Shown: positions 9,275 through 18,718, counted from the stretch's first letter. The stretch is 64,000 nucleotides of DNA from Chromatiales bacterium (GCA_024644045.1 JAHELT010000004.1:1974-65973); one strand, 5' to 3'. The notes: generated from the letters alone by a model not told the origin. Program-made: numbers and translations.

Positions 9275-10108
9275 TCAGCGCAGGTGCTCGGCGTGGTGCG
9301 CCAGGTGCTCGCCGATGAACGTGGCGATGAAGTAATAGCTGTGGTCGTATCCCTCCTGCATCCGCAGCCGTATGTCTACGCCGTGGGTCTTGCAGGCGGC
9401 CTGCAGGTGTTCGGGCAGCAGCTGCTCGGCGAGGAACCCGTCGGCGCTGCCCTGATCGACCAGCAGCGGCCCCGGGCGGGCGCCGCTTTCGATCAGGCAG
9501 GTTGCATCATAGGCTTCCCAGCGCGCGCGATCGCTGCCCAGGTACGCGGAGAAGCACCCCTCACCCCAGGGACAGACCACCGGGTTCGCGATCGGAGCGA
9601 ACGCGGACACTGAGCGGTACATGCCGGGGTTTTTCAGCGCGCAGATCAGCGCCCCGTGCCCGCCCATCGAGTGGCCGCTGACCGCGCGCACGCCGTTCAT
9701 CAGCGGAAAGCTGCTTTCCACCAGCGCGGGCAGCTCGCGCGTCACATACGTATACATGTGATAGTGCGCCGCCCAGGGCTCGGCCGTCGCATCGACGTAG
9801 AACCCGGCGCCCTGCCCGAGGTCGTAGCGGTCCTCGGCGTCGGCCACGCCGTCGCCGCGCGGGCTGGTGTCGGGAATGATCAGAGCCAGGCCGAGCTCCG
9901 CGGCATAGCGCTCGGCGCCGGCCTTGGAGCGGAAGTTATCGTCGCTGCAGGTGAGTCCCGACAGCCAGTAGACGGACGGCACCCGAGCGGATTGCGCCTG
10001 CGGCGGCAGGTAGACCGAAAAAGTCATCTCGCAGTTGCAGCTCGAGGACAGGTGCCGGTAGCGGCTCAGCCAGCCGCCAAACGCCTTGATGTTCTCAATG
10101 TTTTCCAT
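9275..10108 (-). CDS. fghA: S-formylglutathione hydrolase
   Basis: LSGLTC, PDTSPRG, GAGFY, GHSMGGHG, GYDHSYYF. Confidence 0.95.
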   Translation of the reverse strand: MENIENIKAFGGWLSRYRHLSSSCNCEMTFSVYLPPQAQSARVPSVYWLSGLTCSDDNFRSKAGAERYAAELGLALIIPDTSPRGDGVADAEDRYDLGQGAGFYVDATAEPWAAHYHMYTYVTRELPALVESSFPLMNGVRAVSGHSMGGHGALICALKNPGMYRSVSAFAPIANPVVCPWGEGCFSAYLGSDRARWEAYDATCLIESGARPGPLLVDQGSADGFLAEQLLPEHLQAACKTHGVDIRLRMQEGYDHSYYFIATFIGEHLAHHAEHLR

Positions 10109-10224
10109 CGGTCGACTCGGTTCGCGGCGACGCTCGCCAGTTGCTGACAGGGCCGGGGAGCGTATTTTATACTGCTTGTGCGGGCTCCAGGCGCCGATTC
10201 GGGCGCGGCAGCGGCGATTGCCGG

Positions 10225-10611
10225 TTATTCGTCCGCCGTGCCGAACCCTTCGCCGGGTGTTCTGTACTCATCGCGCGGCGGGCTGAAGATGTCGAGAATG
10301 GTCGCGCCCGCATCCCCGGTGCGGATGCCGTGGGATACACCGCCCGGGGTGCGCCAGAAATCGCCGGCGCGCATGGCCACTTCCTGCCCGTCCTGGATGC
10401 GCACGCACTCGCCTTCGAGCAGAACCCCCCACTGCTCCTGCGGATGCGAATGAACGCTCCCCTCGCTGTGCGGTGCGATCGTGACCACGGACAGCATCGC
10501 GTGATCGCCGACGAAAATGCGCGTGTCGATACCTTCGCCGAGCTTGCGCGCTATGCCCTGCCGGGTATCGTGCAGCGCGAACGCCCAGTCCACGCTTGAT
10601 TTGGTCGTCAT
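10225..10611 (-). CDS. Cupin domain protein
   Basis: HSHPQEQ and PGGVSHG cupin motifs; LDIFSPPRDEY. Confidence 0.85.
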   Translation of the reverse strand: MTTKSSVDWAFALHDTRQGIARKLGEGIDTRIFVGDHAMLSVVTIAPHSEGSVHSHPQEQWGVLLEGECVRIQDGQEVAMRAGDFWRTPGGVSHGIRTGDAGATILDIFSPPRDEYRTPGEGFGTADE

Positions 10612-10626
10612 GGGCGCCTCCGTTGG

Positions 10627-11433
10627 CTATTCGCCCCGCCACACCGGGTCGCGTTTCTCCGCGAACGCACGCGCGCCTTCTTTGTAATCCTCGCTCGCGT
10701 AGAGCTTTTGCACGCTCGGCAGGGTTTTTCCATTGCACAGATCGAAGGCCTGTTGAATCGGCAGGTGCGCCGTTTCGCGGGCCACTTCCTTGATGGCGGC
10801 GAACACCAGCGGCGGTCCGTTGGCGAGCCGCCTCGCCGTATCGCGGGCTACGGCCAGCAGTTCGTCGGCCGGTGTGACCTGGCTGACGATACCCCACCGG
10901 TGTGCCTCTGCCGCGTCCATGCGCCGCCCGGTGAACAGCAGGTCCATGGCCACATGGTAGGGTATGCGCCGCGGCAGCTTGATGGTGGCGGCATCGGCCA
11001 GGATGCCGGCGGTGATCTCGGGAAGTGCGAACGTGGCGTGCTCGGCGGCGATGATGATGTCGGCCGAAAGCGCCAGCTCGAACCCGCCGCCGAATGCGAT
11101 GCCGTTGACCGCCGCGATCACCGGCTTGTTCAGATTCGGCAACTCCTGCAACCCGCCGAAGCCGCCGACCCCGAAGTCCGCATCGGCGCCTTCGCCTTGC
11201 GCGGCGGCCTTCAGATCCCAGCCGGGGCAGAAGAACTTCTGGCCGGCGCCGGTGATGATCGCCGCGCGCAGCCCCGCTGTGTCGCGAAAAGCTTGAAACA
11301 CCTCGCCCATGCGCCGGCTGGTCGCGGCGTCGATGGCATTGGCCTTCGGCCGATCGAGAACGACCTGCAGGACGCCGTCGTCGCGAGTCACTTTGACAGG
11401 ATCCTGCGGTGACGAATTCAATGGGTCTGGCAT
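10627..11433 (-). CDS. caiD: Crotonase family enzyme, carnitinyl-CoA dehydratase-like
   Basis: LDRPKANAIDAATSR, FFCPGWDLK, GGGFELAL, ALPEI; AGGAG RBS upstream of the ATG at 11433. Confidence 0.75.
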   Translation of the reverse strand: MPDPLNSSPQDPVKVTRDDGVLQVVLDRPKANAIDAATSRRMGEVFQAFRDTAGLRAAIITGAGQKFFCPGWDLKAAAQGEGADADFGVGGFGGLQELPNLNKPVIAAVNGIAFGGGFELALSADIIIAAEHATFALPEITAGILADAATIKLPRRIPYHVAMDLLFTGRRMDAAEAHRWGIVSQVTPADELLAVARDTARRLANGPPLVFAAIKEVARETAHLPIQQAFDLCNGKTLPSVQKLYASEDYKEGARAFAEKRDPVWRGE

Positions 11434-11758
11434 TGCATCAACTCCTGGCTGGGCGAATCGTTGCGGTCGGCCTTGCGGTGTGCGCGCCCGGAGCTTACCA
11501 CTGCGGCCCGGTCCCGGAAACGCGCCGCGCGAGGCAAACTTCAACTAAACTACCGGGGTGTCGAAGAAATCGGGCTCGCACCCGGCGGCGGTTCAGAACC
11601 GTTGCTCACCAGCCAACACCTCGAAAGGCGACGCTCATGTTCTTCGGCGCGTCGCGTTGACAACGGCGGCGCGCTGGTTCGGCCAGGCCGCCAGCACAAC
11701 CGTGGCGGGAGCCCACCTGGATTCCCGGGCGCACAGGTCGGCAGCGGGGCAGAGGCGA

Positions 11759-12700
11759 ATGAGTTACGCAATGCTGGAGCGGAAACTTGCCGCTGGCGAG
11801 TGCGTGTATCTGGACGGGGGATCCGGCAGCGAACTGCAGCGCCTGGGTGCGCCGATGCACCCGTCAATCTTCGGCGCCATGGCGACTATGACCAATCCGG
11901 ACATCCTGCAGCGGGTGCACGAAGACTACATCCGGGCGGGCTGTGACATCATCACCACCAACTCGTTCTACAGCTCGCGAAACCTGCTCGCCGCTTACGG
12001 CCTCGGCGAAGAGGTCGGCGCCCTCACGCGCGGCGCGGTCGAGGTGGCTCTGAGAGCCCGGGAGCGGACGTCGGGTGTCAAGCAGGTGGCGATCGCCGGC
12101 TCGATGTCGCATGCGCTGCCCGTGTACGAAGGGACCGCGCAGCACGATCCGGGAAAGCGGCCCTCGCCCGAGGAAATGCAGCTCAACTTCCACGAGAGCG
12201 CCGACATTCTCAAACGCGCGGGCTGCGATTTCATCCTGCTGGAGCGGATGAACGACCCGCAGATGACCGGCTGGGCGGTGCGGGCCGCGCTGCAGACGCG
12301 GCTGCCGGTGTGGATCGGCCTGTCGGCCGTCGAGAGCTGGGACGGTGAGCTGCTCGGCGATCTGGACCATCAGGCGCCGGTCGAGGAACTGGTCGACGAG
12401 GTCGTGGAGATGGGCGCAAGCGCCTGCGGCATCATGCACACGGTGCCGGCGATCGTCGACCCGGCGCTCGATGTGCTGCGCCAGTACTGGCCGGGGCCGC
12501 TGTTCGCGTATCCCGAATCCGGCAGGCAACGCGGATCGGCCTGGGAGTTCGATGCGGCGCTGTCGCCGGAGCGCTTCGCACGCCACTGCCTGCAATGGCG
12601 GGAGGCGGGCGTACAGATTCTCGGCGGCTGCTGCGGCATCACCCTGAATCACATTCAGGCCATGATCGGGGCGCTGAGCCGCCGCCAGGCCGCCGGTTGA
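11759..12700 (+). CDS. Homocysteine S-methyltransferase family protein
   Basis: LDGGSGSEL, HEDYIRAG.DIITTN, AGS, YPESG, GGCCG. Confidence 0.88.
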   Translation: MSYAMLERKLAAGECVYLDGGSGSELQRLGAPMHPSIFGAMATMTNPDILQRVHEDYIRAGCDIITTNSFYSSRNLLAAYGLGEEVGALTRGAVEVALRARERTSGVKQVAIAGSMSHALPVYEGTAQHDPGKRPSPEEMQLNFHESADILKRAGCDFILLERMNDPQMTGWAVRAALQTRLPVWIGLSAVESWDGELLGDLDHQAPVEELVDEVVEMGASACGIMHTVPAIVDPALDVLRQYWPGPLFAYPESGRQRGSAWEFDAALSPERFARHCLQWREAGVQILGGCCGITLNHIQAMIGALSRRQAAG

Positions 12701-12747
12701 GCAGAGCGCGCCGCCGTTAACAGCAACTCGGCCCCCGGCGCAGGCCT

Positions 12748-13962
12748 TCAGCCGGTCTGAGGCGCCAGGCGCGCCAGCGGTTTTTCGTTGATCGGCAGAT
12801 GCAACACGGCGGCCGCCACGCCCAGCACGATGCCGGCCCACCAGACCGGGTCATAGGTGCCCGCGTTGTCGTACAGGTAGCCGCCCAGCCAGACGCCCAT
12901 GAAGCTGCCCACCTGATGGCTGAAGAACACCACACCGAACAAGGTTGCCATATAGCGCACGCCGAACACCTGCGCGACGATGCCGGTCGTGAGCGGCACG
13001 GTGGACAGCCACAGGATGCCCATGGTGCCGGCGAACAGATAGATCGTCAGTTCGGTTTTCGGTGCCAGCAGCAGTGCGGTGATGCACACCGCGCGCGCGA
13101 AGTAGATGACACTCAATCCGCCTTTCTTGCTCCAGCGTTGGCCGACCAGGCCGGACAGAAACGATCCGGCTATGTTGAACAGCCCCACGATTGCGATCGC
13201 GTAGGCGCCGACCTCAGCGGCCAGCCCGAGATCCTTCACGTACGCCGGGAAGTGCACGGTGATGAACGCCACGTGGAAGCCGCACACAAAAAACCCGATC
13301 GTGAGCAGCACGTAACCGCGGTGGTTTATCGCTTCCTTGAGCGCGGCGGCGATGGTCTGGTCGGTGGTGACTTCGCCCCGGGCGCTCGTCTCGTTGGGCA
13401 GCACGAACGCCAGCGGGATGATCAGCAGCGTGGTCAGTGCCAGAATCATCAGGGCGGAGTCCCAGCCGAACGCGGAGATGAACTGCTGGCCGAGCGGTGA
13501 GAAGACCACCTGGCCGAACGAGCCCGCGGCGGTGCCCAGGCCCAGTGCGAGCGAACGCCGCTCGGGGCCGACGACCCTGGCGATCGAGGCCAGGGCGATG
13601 GAGAAGGCCGTGAACGCAACGCCAAGCCCGGTCACCAACCCGCCGAACAGGTGCAGGGCCGAGGCCGTGTCGACCGTCGCCATGCCCCACACGCCGATCG
13701 CGTAGAGCACTGCACCGCCGGCGAGAACGCGGCTTGGACCGAAGCGATCCGCCAGCGCGCCCGCGATCGGTACTCCCGCACCCCACAGCAGATTCTGGAT
13801 CGCCATGGCCAGGGCAAACGTCTCCCGGCTCCAGCCCTTGTCGACGGTCATCGGCTCCAGAAACAGACCGAAAGACGAACGGATGCCGAAGCCGAGGGCG
13901 GCGATCAGGCAGCCCGCGACGATAACGATCAGCGGTGTGCGCCAGGTGGAGGGCGTGCTCAT
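12748..13962 (-). CDS. MFS transporter
   Basis: 12-TMS pattern, GALADRFG motif A, GFFVCGFH, HQVGSF. Confidence 0.9.
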   Translation of the reverse strand: MSTPSTWRTPLIVIVAGCLIAALGFGIRSSFGLFLEPMTVDKGWSRETFALAMAIQNLLWGAGVPIAGALADRFGPSRVLAGGAVLYAIGVWGMATVDTASALHLFGGLVTGLGVAFTAFSIALASIARVVGPERRSLALGLGTAAGSFGQVVFSPLGQQFISAFGWDSALMILALTTLLIIPLAFVLPNETSARGEVTTDQTIAAALKEAINHRGYVLLTIGFFVCGFHVAFITVHFPAYVKDLGLAAEVGAYAIAIVGLFNIAGSFLSGLVGQRWSKKGGLSVIYFARAVCITALLLAPKTELTIYLFAGTMGILWLSTVPLTTGIVAQVFGVRYMATLFGVVFFSHQVGSFMGVWLGGYLYDNAGTYDPVWWAGIVLGVAAAVLHLPINEKPLARLAPQTG

Positions 13963-14084
13963 TCGGCAGTGTTTCCCGGGTGGAAGGAGAGGCATTGTAG
14001 TCGCAATCCGCGCCCGGTGTCCCGACCCCGCAGCTGCGCGTTCGCACGGTGCATTTCGAGTGACTATTCAAGTAAAGTTCCGGC

Positions 14085-14816
14085 ATGCACGACATCGTCT
14101 TTCTATGGTCGCACCCGCGTTCGTTGTCCTCTGCGCTGGAACGCGTCATGGTGGAGCGCGGCGATCTGCGTACCCTGCACGAACCGTTTATCCACCTCTA
14201 CTACGTGGGCGATGCGAAAAAGCCGCTCGCGCATTTCGAGCCCTTGCCGTCGCATCCGACCAGCTACGCGGGCATCCGGCGCATGATCCTGCAAGCCGCC
14301 GAGGACGGGCCGCTGTTCGTGAAAGACATGTGCTACTACGTGCTCGACTATGTGCTCGACGACGCGGAGTTCCTCGGGCGGCTCAGAAATACGTTCCTGA
14401 TACGCGACCCGGCTCGCGCCATCGTGTCCTACTACAAGCTGGACCGGCACTACACAGAAGAGGAGATCGGTATCGAAGCGCAGTGGCGGGTGTTCGATGC
14501 GGTGAACCGGCTGACAGGGTCCGTGCCCGCGGTGCTCGATGCAGAGGACTTGCAGCGCGATCCGGATGCCACGCTGCGTGCCTACTGCCGGGCGCTCGGT
14601 ATTGTGCACGATCCGGCGGCGCTGCATTGGGACGGCCCGCTGCCGAAAGACTGGCAGTTCGTGGCCGGCTGGCACACAGGCGTCTCGCATTCGAGCGGAA
14701 TCGCGGCACCCGACGCGGCGCCGGTGGACCTCGACGCCGACCCGAAGCTGCGCCGCAGCTATGAGCACCACCTGCCTTACTATCGCAGAATGCACCGTCA
14801 CAGATTGAGGCCGTGA
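14085..14816 (+). CDS. Sulfotransferase-like protein (Sulfotransfer_5 type)
   Basis: WSHPRSLSSALER, HEPF, FVKDM, FLIRDP..IVSY, GWH..V..SSG. Confidence 0.75.
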   Translation: MHDIVFLWSHPRSLSSALERVMVERGDLRTLHEPFIHLYYVGDAKKPLAHFEPLPSHPTSYAGIRRMILQAAEDGPLFVKDMCYYVLDYVLDDAEFLGRLRNTFLIRDPARAIVSYYKLDRHYTEEEIGIEAQWRVFDAVNRLTGSVPAVLDAEDLQRDPDATLRAYCRALGIVHDPAALHWDGPLPKDWQFVAGWHTGVSHSSGIAAPDAAPVDLDADPKLRRSYEHHLPYYRRMHRHRLRP

Positions 14817-14872
14817 GGCTCATGTGGTGAATGCACGCAGCGCTACCCTTGCGCCGCCGGAAAGCCGTGCGC

Positions 14873-15121
14873 TCAGTCGGCCTGCGCAGCGTCGCCGGCC
14901 GGGTCGGCACTTTCGCGCAGCGCCCGGCGACAGGCGGTCAAACACTTGTCCGCGCGGTCCATGCACGCGTGCCGGTTGCGTTCGGTTTCGAGGCAGTCCT
15001 TCAGGACGGCGCCGCAGTGCTCGGGGCATTGATCCAGTTCGGCGGCAATACCGTGCGCTGCCGCCGTACAGCTCGCGGCAGCGACGATCGCTGCTCGCAC
15101 GCAGTGCAACACGTTGCGCAT
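14873..15121 (-). CDS. Small secreted Cys-rich hypothetical protein
   Basis: Signal-peptide-like N-terminus; six Cys in the mature part (CxxxC-x6-C and C-x6-CxxxC). Confidence 0.5.
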   Translation of the reverse strand: MRNVLHCVRAAIVAAASCTAAAHGIAAELDQCPEHCGAVLKDCLETERNRHACMDRADKCLTACRRALRESADPAGDAAQAD

Positions 15122-15161
15122 GGCAGTGGTCGGTGCCGGCGCAGAAACGGATGATTCATTC

Positions 15162-15419
15162 ATGAGGCAACAGAGCGGATATGCAAGACGAGTTGAGGAA
15201 AGCCTTCTCCGGCGTGCCGGCACCGTTTCGGCATTGTATGCGATTCTGCTGGCGATGCTGGTTGCCGGCTGTTCCCAGCGAGGCTGGTATGAGGGCGTGA
15301 AGCAGGGGCACCGGCACCAGTGCAGCCAGGTACCCGAAGCCGAACGGGACGAGTGCCTGGCGCAGCACGATGAAAGTTACGAGGAGTACCGGCAGAAACG
15401 CGAAGGGATCGGCGAGTAG
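15162..15419 (+). CDS. Small lipoprotein (start uncertain)
   Basis: Lipobox LVAGC followed by SQRGWYEG..C..C..SYEEY..R. Confidence 0.65.
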   Translation: MRQQSGYARRVEESLLRRAGTVSALYAILLAMLVAGCSQRGWYEGVKQGHRHQCSQVPEAERDECLAQHDESYEEYRQKREGIGE

Positions 15420-15425
15420 GCCGGC

Positions 15426-17444
15426 TCACACGCCGTCGCGGCGCACCTGCTCGCGCCATTGTTTCTCGAAAACCCGCTCGTCGTCGTGAAACGCCTCTAT
15501 CCCGGCCTCCAGGCAGAACCTGTCGGCGGTCGCGGTCATGCGGGTCCAGGTCTCGGTGCGGATCTTCCAGCCGGGACGCTCGAGACGGTGCGTCCAGCCA
15601 GCCCAGGCTTCCGCGGACAGCGGCTCATCGGGTTTTATGCTGAAGCGTTGCCTGACCGACGCGCCCTGTTCCAGGCCGTGCGCCGGATTGCGCGTGGTTC
15701 CGAAGTCGTCATGGGTTTCGTACACCGTTGCGCCGTCGTCGCGCTGACTGACGGATTGCGAGTTGCGTGGCGGATGCAGCGTCTCGCGTGGCGGAGGCTC
15801 GGTGTGCGGGACGGCCGAGAACTGAACGGGCGGTGTCCCAGTGACATGCTCGTGCACCGGCACGCGCAGTCTACCGGTGCCGGTCTCCAGCGTCACCGTC
15901 GCCGCGTGCGGTGACGGCCACAGCATCGGCCAGTAGCTGGTCGACAGCGCAAGGCGCAGGCGATGCCCGGCCGCGACGGCGTAAGCCGTGTCGTTCAGCT
16001 GGATGCGCACGTCGTACCAGGTGCCGGGTTGCAGCGGCTCGATGGTCTCGTGCGAGTCGCGATGCGTGAGATTGAGCGGCGCCCAGGTCAACAGTGCGCA
16101 GCGGCCGTCGGGCGCCAGGTCGCACAGCCGCGCGGCCAGCAGCGCCAACGGCTGGTCGCAGCGCAGGCGGAGCTCGAGCACCGGTGCGCCGAGCATGCGC
16201 AACTCGCCGGAAAGCGGCGCGCTGTCGAAGCACAGTGACGTTTCGTCGTCCTCACGCTGGTCGCGCGGCAGCTCGTCGTCCAGCCGCATGCCGGGGCAGA
16301 AATTGCCGCTGCCCGCCCCGGTTGTCTGCGGCGAGGCGATGTCGCATTCGCCCCGCGTCCCCGGCTGCGCTGCCAGTCCGTCGCCGTTGAGGTACCAGGT
16401 TTGCAGCGATCCGGCCTCGTCCGGCCACTGCACGCCGATCCAGTGTCCCCGTCGGGGCGCGTATTTCGCGGAAGACGCGGGCCCATCGAGCATGAACGCC
16501 CGCAGCGCTGGGGCGTCCATCGCACCGTTGTCGAGGCCCTTGAGCCAGCGGTCCCACCAGTGTACGCACGCGTCGAGGAAATCGATGCGAGGCTCGATCT
16601 CGGCGATGTGCGGGTAGTGATGCTCCCAGGGCCCGATGATGCCGCGGCACGGCGCCGTCAGGCCGCGCAGCAGGCGCGGGATGGCGTTGGAGTACGCATC
16701 CGCCCAGCCGCCCACCGCCAGCACCGCGGCACGAATGCCGGTGAAATCCTCGCACACGGAGGCGTGCTTCCAGAACGCGTCCCGGCGCTGATGCTGCAGC
16801 CAGTGGGCGGCCAGCAGCGGCAGGTTCTGCAGGCGCTGCAGCCAGGTGTCGCGCCACGCCTCGCCCACGAGCAGCGGGTCGGGCGGCCGCGACGAATACC
16901 CGAGCATCTGTTGCGACCAGGTCAGGTTGTCGTTCAGCAGGCAACCGCCCATGTAGTGGATATCGTCCGCGTAACGGTCGTCCGTGGAGCACACCGTGAC
17001 GATGGCCTTCAGCGGGGCCGGATCCAACGCGGCGATCTGCAGCGCGTTAAAGCCGCCCCACGAGATTCCCATCATGCCTACGGCGCCGGTGCACCAGGGT
17101 TGCTGCGCGATCCAGTCGATCACTTCCACACCGTCGGTCAGTTCCTGCGCCGTGTACTCGTCCTGCATCAGGCCGTCCGACTCGCCGTTCCCGCGAATGT
17201 CCACGCGCACGCCCGCGTAGCCGCGTCGCGCAAGGTAGGGATAGGTGATGTCGTCGCGTAACGCGGTGCCGTCACGCTTGCGATACGGGAGGTACTCGAG
17301 GATTGCGGGCACCGGTTGCCGTGCGGTGTCGCGCGGCAACCAGATCCGCGCCGCGAGGCGCGTACCGTCGCGCAGCACGATCCATTCGTTCTCGAGGATT
17401 TCGCACTGTTCGTTCTCGGGGTGCGCGCGCGCCACGCCGGTCAC
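15426..17444 (-). CDS. CocE/NonD family hydrolase (peptidase S15)
   Basis: DGTRLAARIW, EYLPYRKRD, GISWGGF nucleophile elbow, GPWEH; GTG at 17444 overlaps the stop of the upstream relic (GTGA). Confidence 0.88.
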   Translation of the reverse strand: MTGVARAHPENEQCEILENEWIVLRDGTRLAARIWLPRDTARQPVPAILEYLPYRKRDGTALRDDITYPYLARRGYAGVRVDIRGNGESDGLMQDEYTAQELTDGVEVIDWIAQQPWCTGAVGMMGISWGGFNALQIAALDPAPLKAIVTVCSTDDRYADDIHYMGGCLLNDNLTWSQQMLGYSSRPPDPLLVGEAWRDTWLQRLQNLPLLAAHWLQHQRRDAFWKHASVCEDFTGIRAAVLAVGGWADAYSNAIPRLLRGLTAPCRGIIGPWEHHYPHIAEIEPRIDFLDACVHWWDRWLKGLDNGAMDAPALRAFMLDGPASSAKYAPRRGHWIGVQWPDEAGSLQTWYLNGDGLAAQPGTRGECDIASPQTTGAGSGNFCPGMRLDDELPRDQREDDETSLCFDSAPLSGELRMLGAPVLELRLRCDQPLALLAARLCDLAPDGRCALLTWAPLNLTHRDSHETIEPLQPGTWYDVRIQLNDTAYAVAAGHRLRLALSTSYWPMLWPSPHAATVTLETGTGRLRVPVHEHVTGTPPVQFSAVPHTEPPPRETLHPPRNSQSVSQRDDGATVYETHDDFGTTRNPAHGLEQGASVRQRFSIKPDEPLSAEAWAGWTHRLERPGWKIRTETWTRMTATADRFCLEAGIEAFHDDERVFEKQWREQVRRDGV

Positions 17445-17608
17445 CGATACACTGCGACCGGGTCGCCCCATCCCGTCATACCGCTGTCGGTGTCGATGGC
17501 GACCAGTGTGCTGTCGAGCTTGTCGAAATACAGCCGTCCGCCGGACAGCCGGTAGGGATGCTGCAGCGGCATCTCGGCGCGGTACACGCGATTCGTGGTG
17601 ATCTTCAC
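17441..17608 (-). pseudogene. Internally deleted enolase-superfamily gene (cis-3-hydroxy-L-proline dehydratase/mandelate racemase-like), 55 aa
   Basis: MKITTNRVYRAEMPLQHPYRLSGGRLYFDKLDSTLVAIDTDSGMTGWG is fused in frame to DPVAVYR*, i.e. a family-like N-terminus joined to a family-like C-terminus. Confidence 0.75.
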
Positions 17609-17617
17609 GCGTGCGGA

Positions 17618-18718
17618 TTACGCGTGTTTGCGAATCGTCATGTAGGCGTGCACATAGTCCATCGCGTGGCCGGCGGGATCGGCGCGTACGCGATCCTGAT
17701 ACGCGCTGTAGTAGCGATCGATCAGCTCGCGCCGCTCGTCGCCGGGGCGTGCCCGGTTCAGTGCATCGAAGAACGTGGCTTCGGTCCACGAACGCAGCGT
17801 CGGGATGTACTCACGCGCAAACCGCTCGCTGTCGCCGTGGGCAGCGAAGTCGGCTGCGAAGGGGCAGGGCACGATACGCGTCTCGATGTGCTCCAGTCGC
17901 AGGCCCGCCCGGTGCACCGGTCCGTGTGTTTCCAGCAGCGGTGCGCCGAATTCCTCGACGGTGTTGTAGTACTGCGGCAGCGTCATGTTGCGGTATTCCT
18001 GCTCGCTGATGGTGCCGTCCTCGACGAAGCCCCGCCAGATCGCATTGAAGGTATCGAACATGTGCACGCCGCCGGTGTTGCCGAGATGCCGGCCCTGCTC
18101 GTCACGTGCAAAGTTGACCAGCACCAGGCGTCCGCCCGGCGCCAGCTCCGCGGCGCGGTGCAGGAGAATGGTTTCCCAGTCGCGGTGCCCCTGCTCGGCG
18201 AACCTCTCGAGCTCAGCGCCGTGTGCCCCCACCATGTGCACGTGGTCGGAAATGTTGCCGGGTTTGCGGCTCAACCAGTGCATTGCGGTGGCGGAAAAGC
18301 CGAGGTGCAGCGTGGCATCGGGTACGATCTGGCGATAGAACGACGTAGCCGATGCAGCGACGTAGACGCGCTGATGTTCGTCGAGGTAGGTGTCGAAATC
18401 CGTATTGCCGTAGACGATCTGAAACAACGCGTTGTAGTCGTTGCGCGGTTGATCCGTGTACAGGACGCGGATGTCGAGCTTCGGCGCCGCCGTGCGGATG
18501 GCGTCGATCGCGGCACGCATCATGGTCAGCGACGTACCGCCGTCGGCACATCCCATATCGGTAAACGTGAACTCGCGCTGCGCGTGGTCAGCCGCGGCGG
18601 CGACGGCTTTGAGCACCATCGGGGTTGCACCCTCGATGACGTGCTTTGCGCCCAGCGTCGCCAGTGAATAGTAACCGCCGCCTTTCATCGCGACGTCGGT
18701 CTTGCCCGCTTGTGCCAT
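17618..18718 (-). CDS. SAM-dependent carboxyl methyltransferase, SABATH/Methyltransf_7-like
   Basis: MKGGGYYS, DMGCADG.TS, DQPRNDYNALF, SFYRQI.P, SATAMHWLS. Confidence 0.82.
   Translation of the reverse strand: MAQAGKTDVAMKGGGYYSLATLGAKHVIEGATPMVLKAVAAAADHAQREFTFTDMGCADGGTSLTMMRAAIDAIRTAAPKLDIRVLYTDQPRNDYNALFQIVYGNTDFDTYLDEHQRVYVAASATSFYRQIVPDATLHLGFSATAMHWLSRKPGNISDHVHMVGAHGAELERFAEQGHRDWETILLHRAAELAPGGRLVLVNFARDEQGRHLGNTGGVHMFDTFNAIWRGFVEDGTISEQEYRNMTLPQYYNTVEEFGAPLLETHGPVHRAGLRLEHIETRIVPCPFAADFAAHGDSERFAREYIPTLRSWTEATFFDALNRARPGDERRELIDRYYSAYQDRVRADPAGHAMDYVHAYMTIRKHA

Noticed and set aside
17445-17789. N-terminal extension of the CocE ORF (787 aa)
   Set aside because: It overlaps the methyltransferase and the 55-aa relic in other frames; the GTG at 17444 gives a coupled start.
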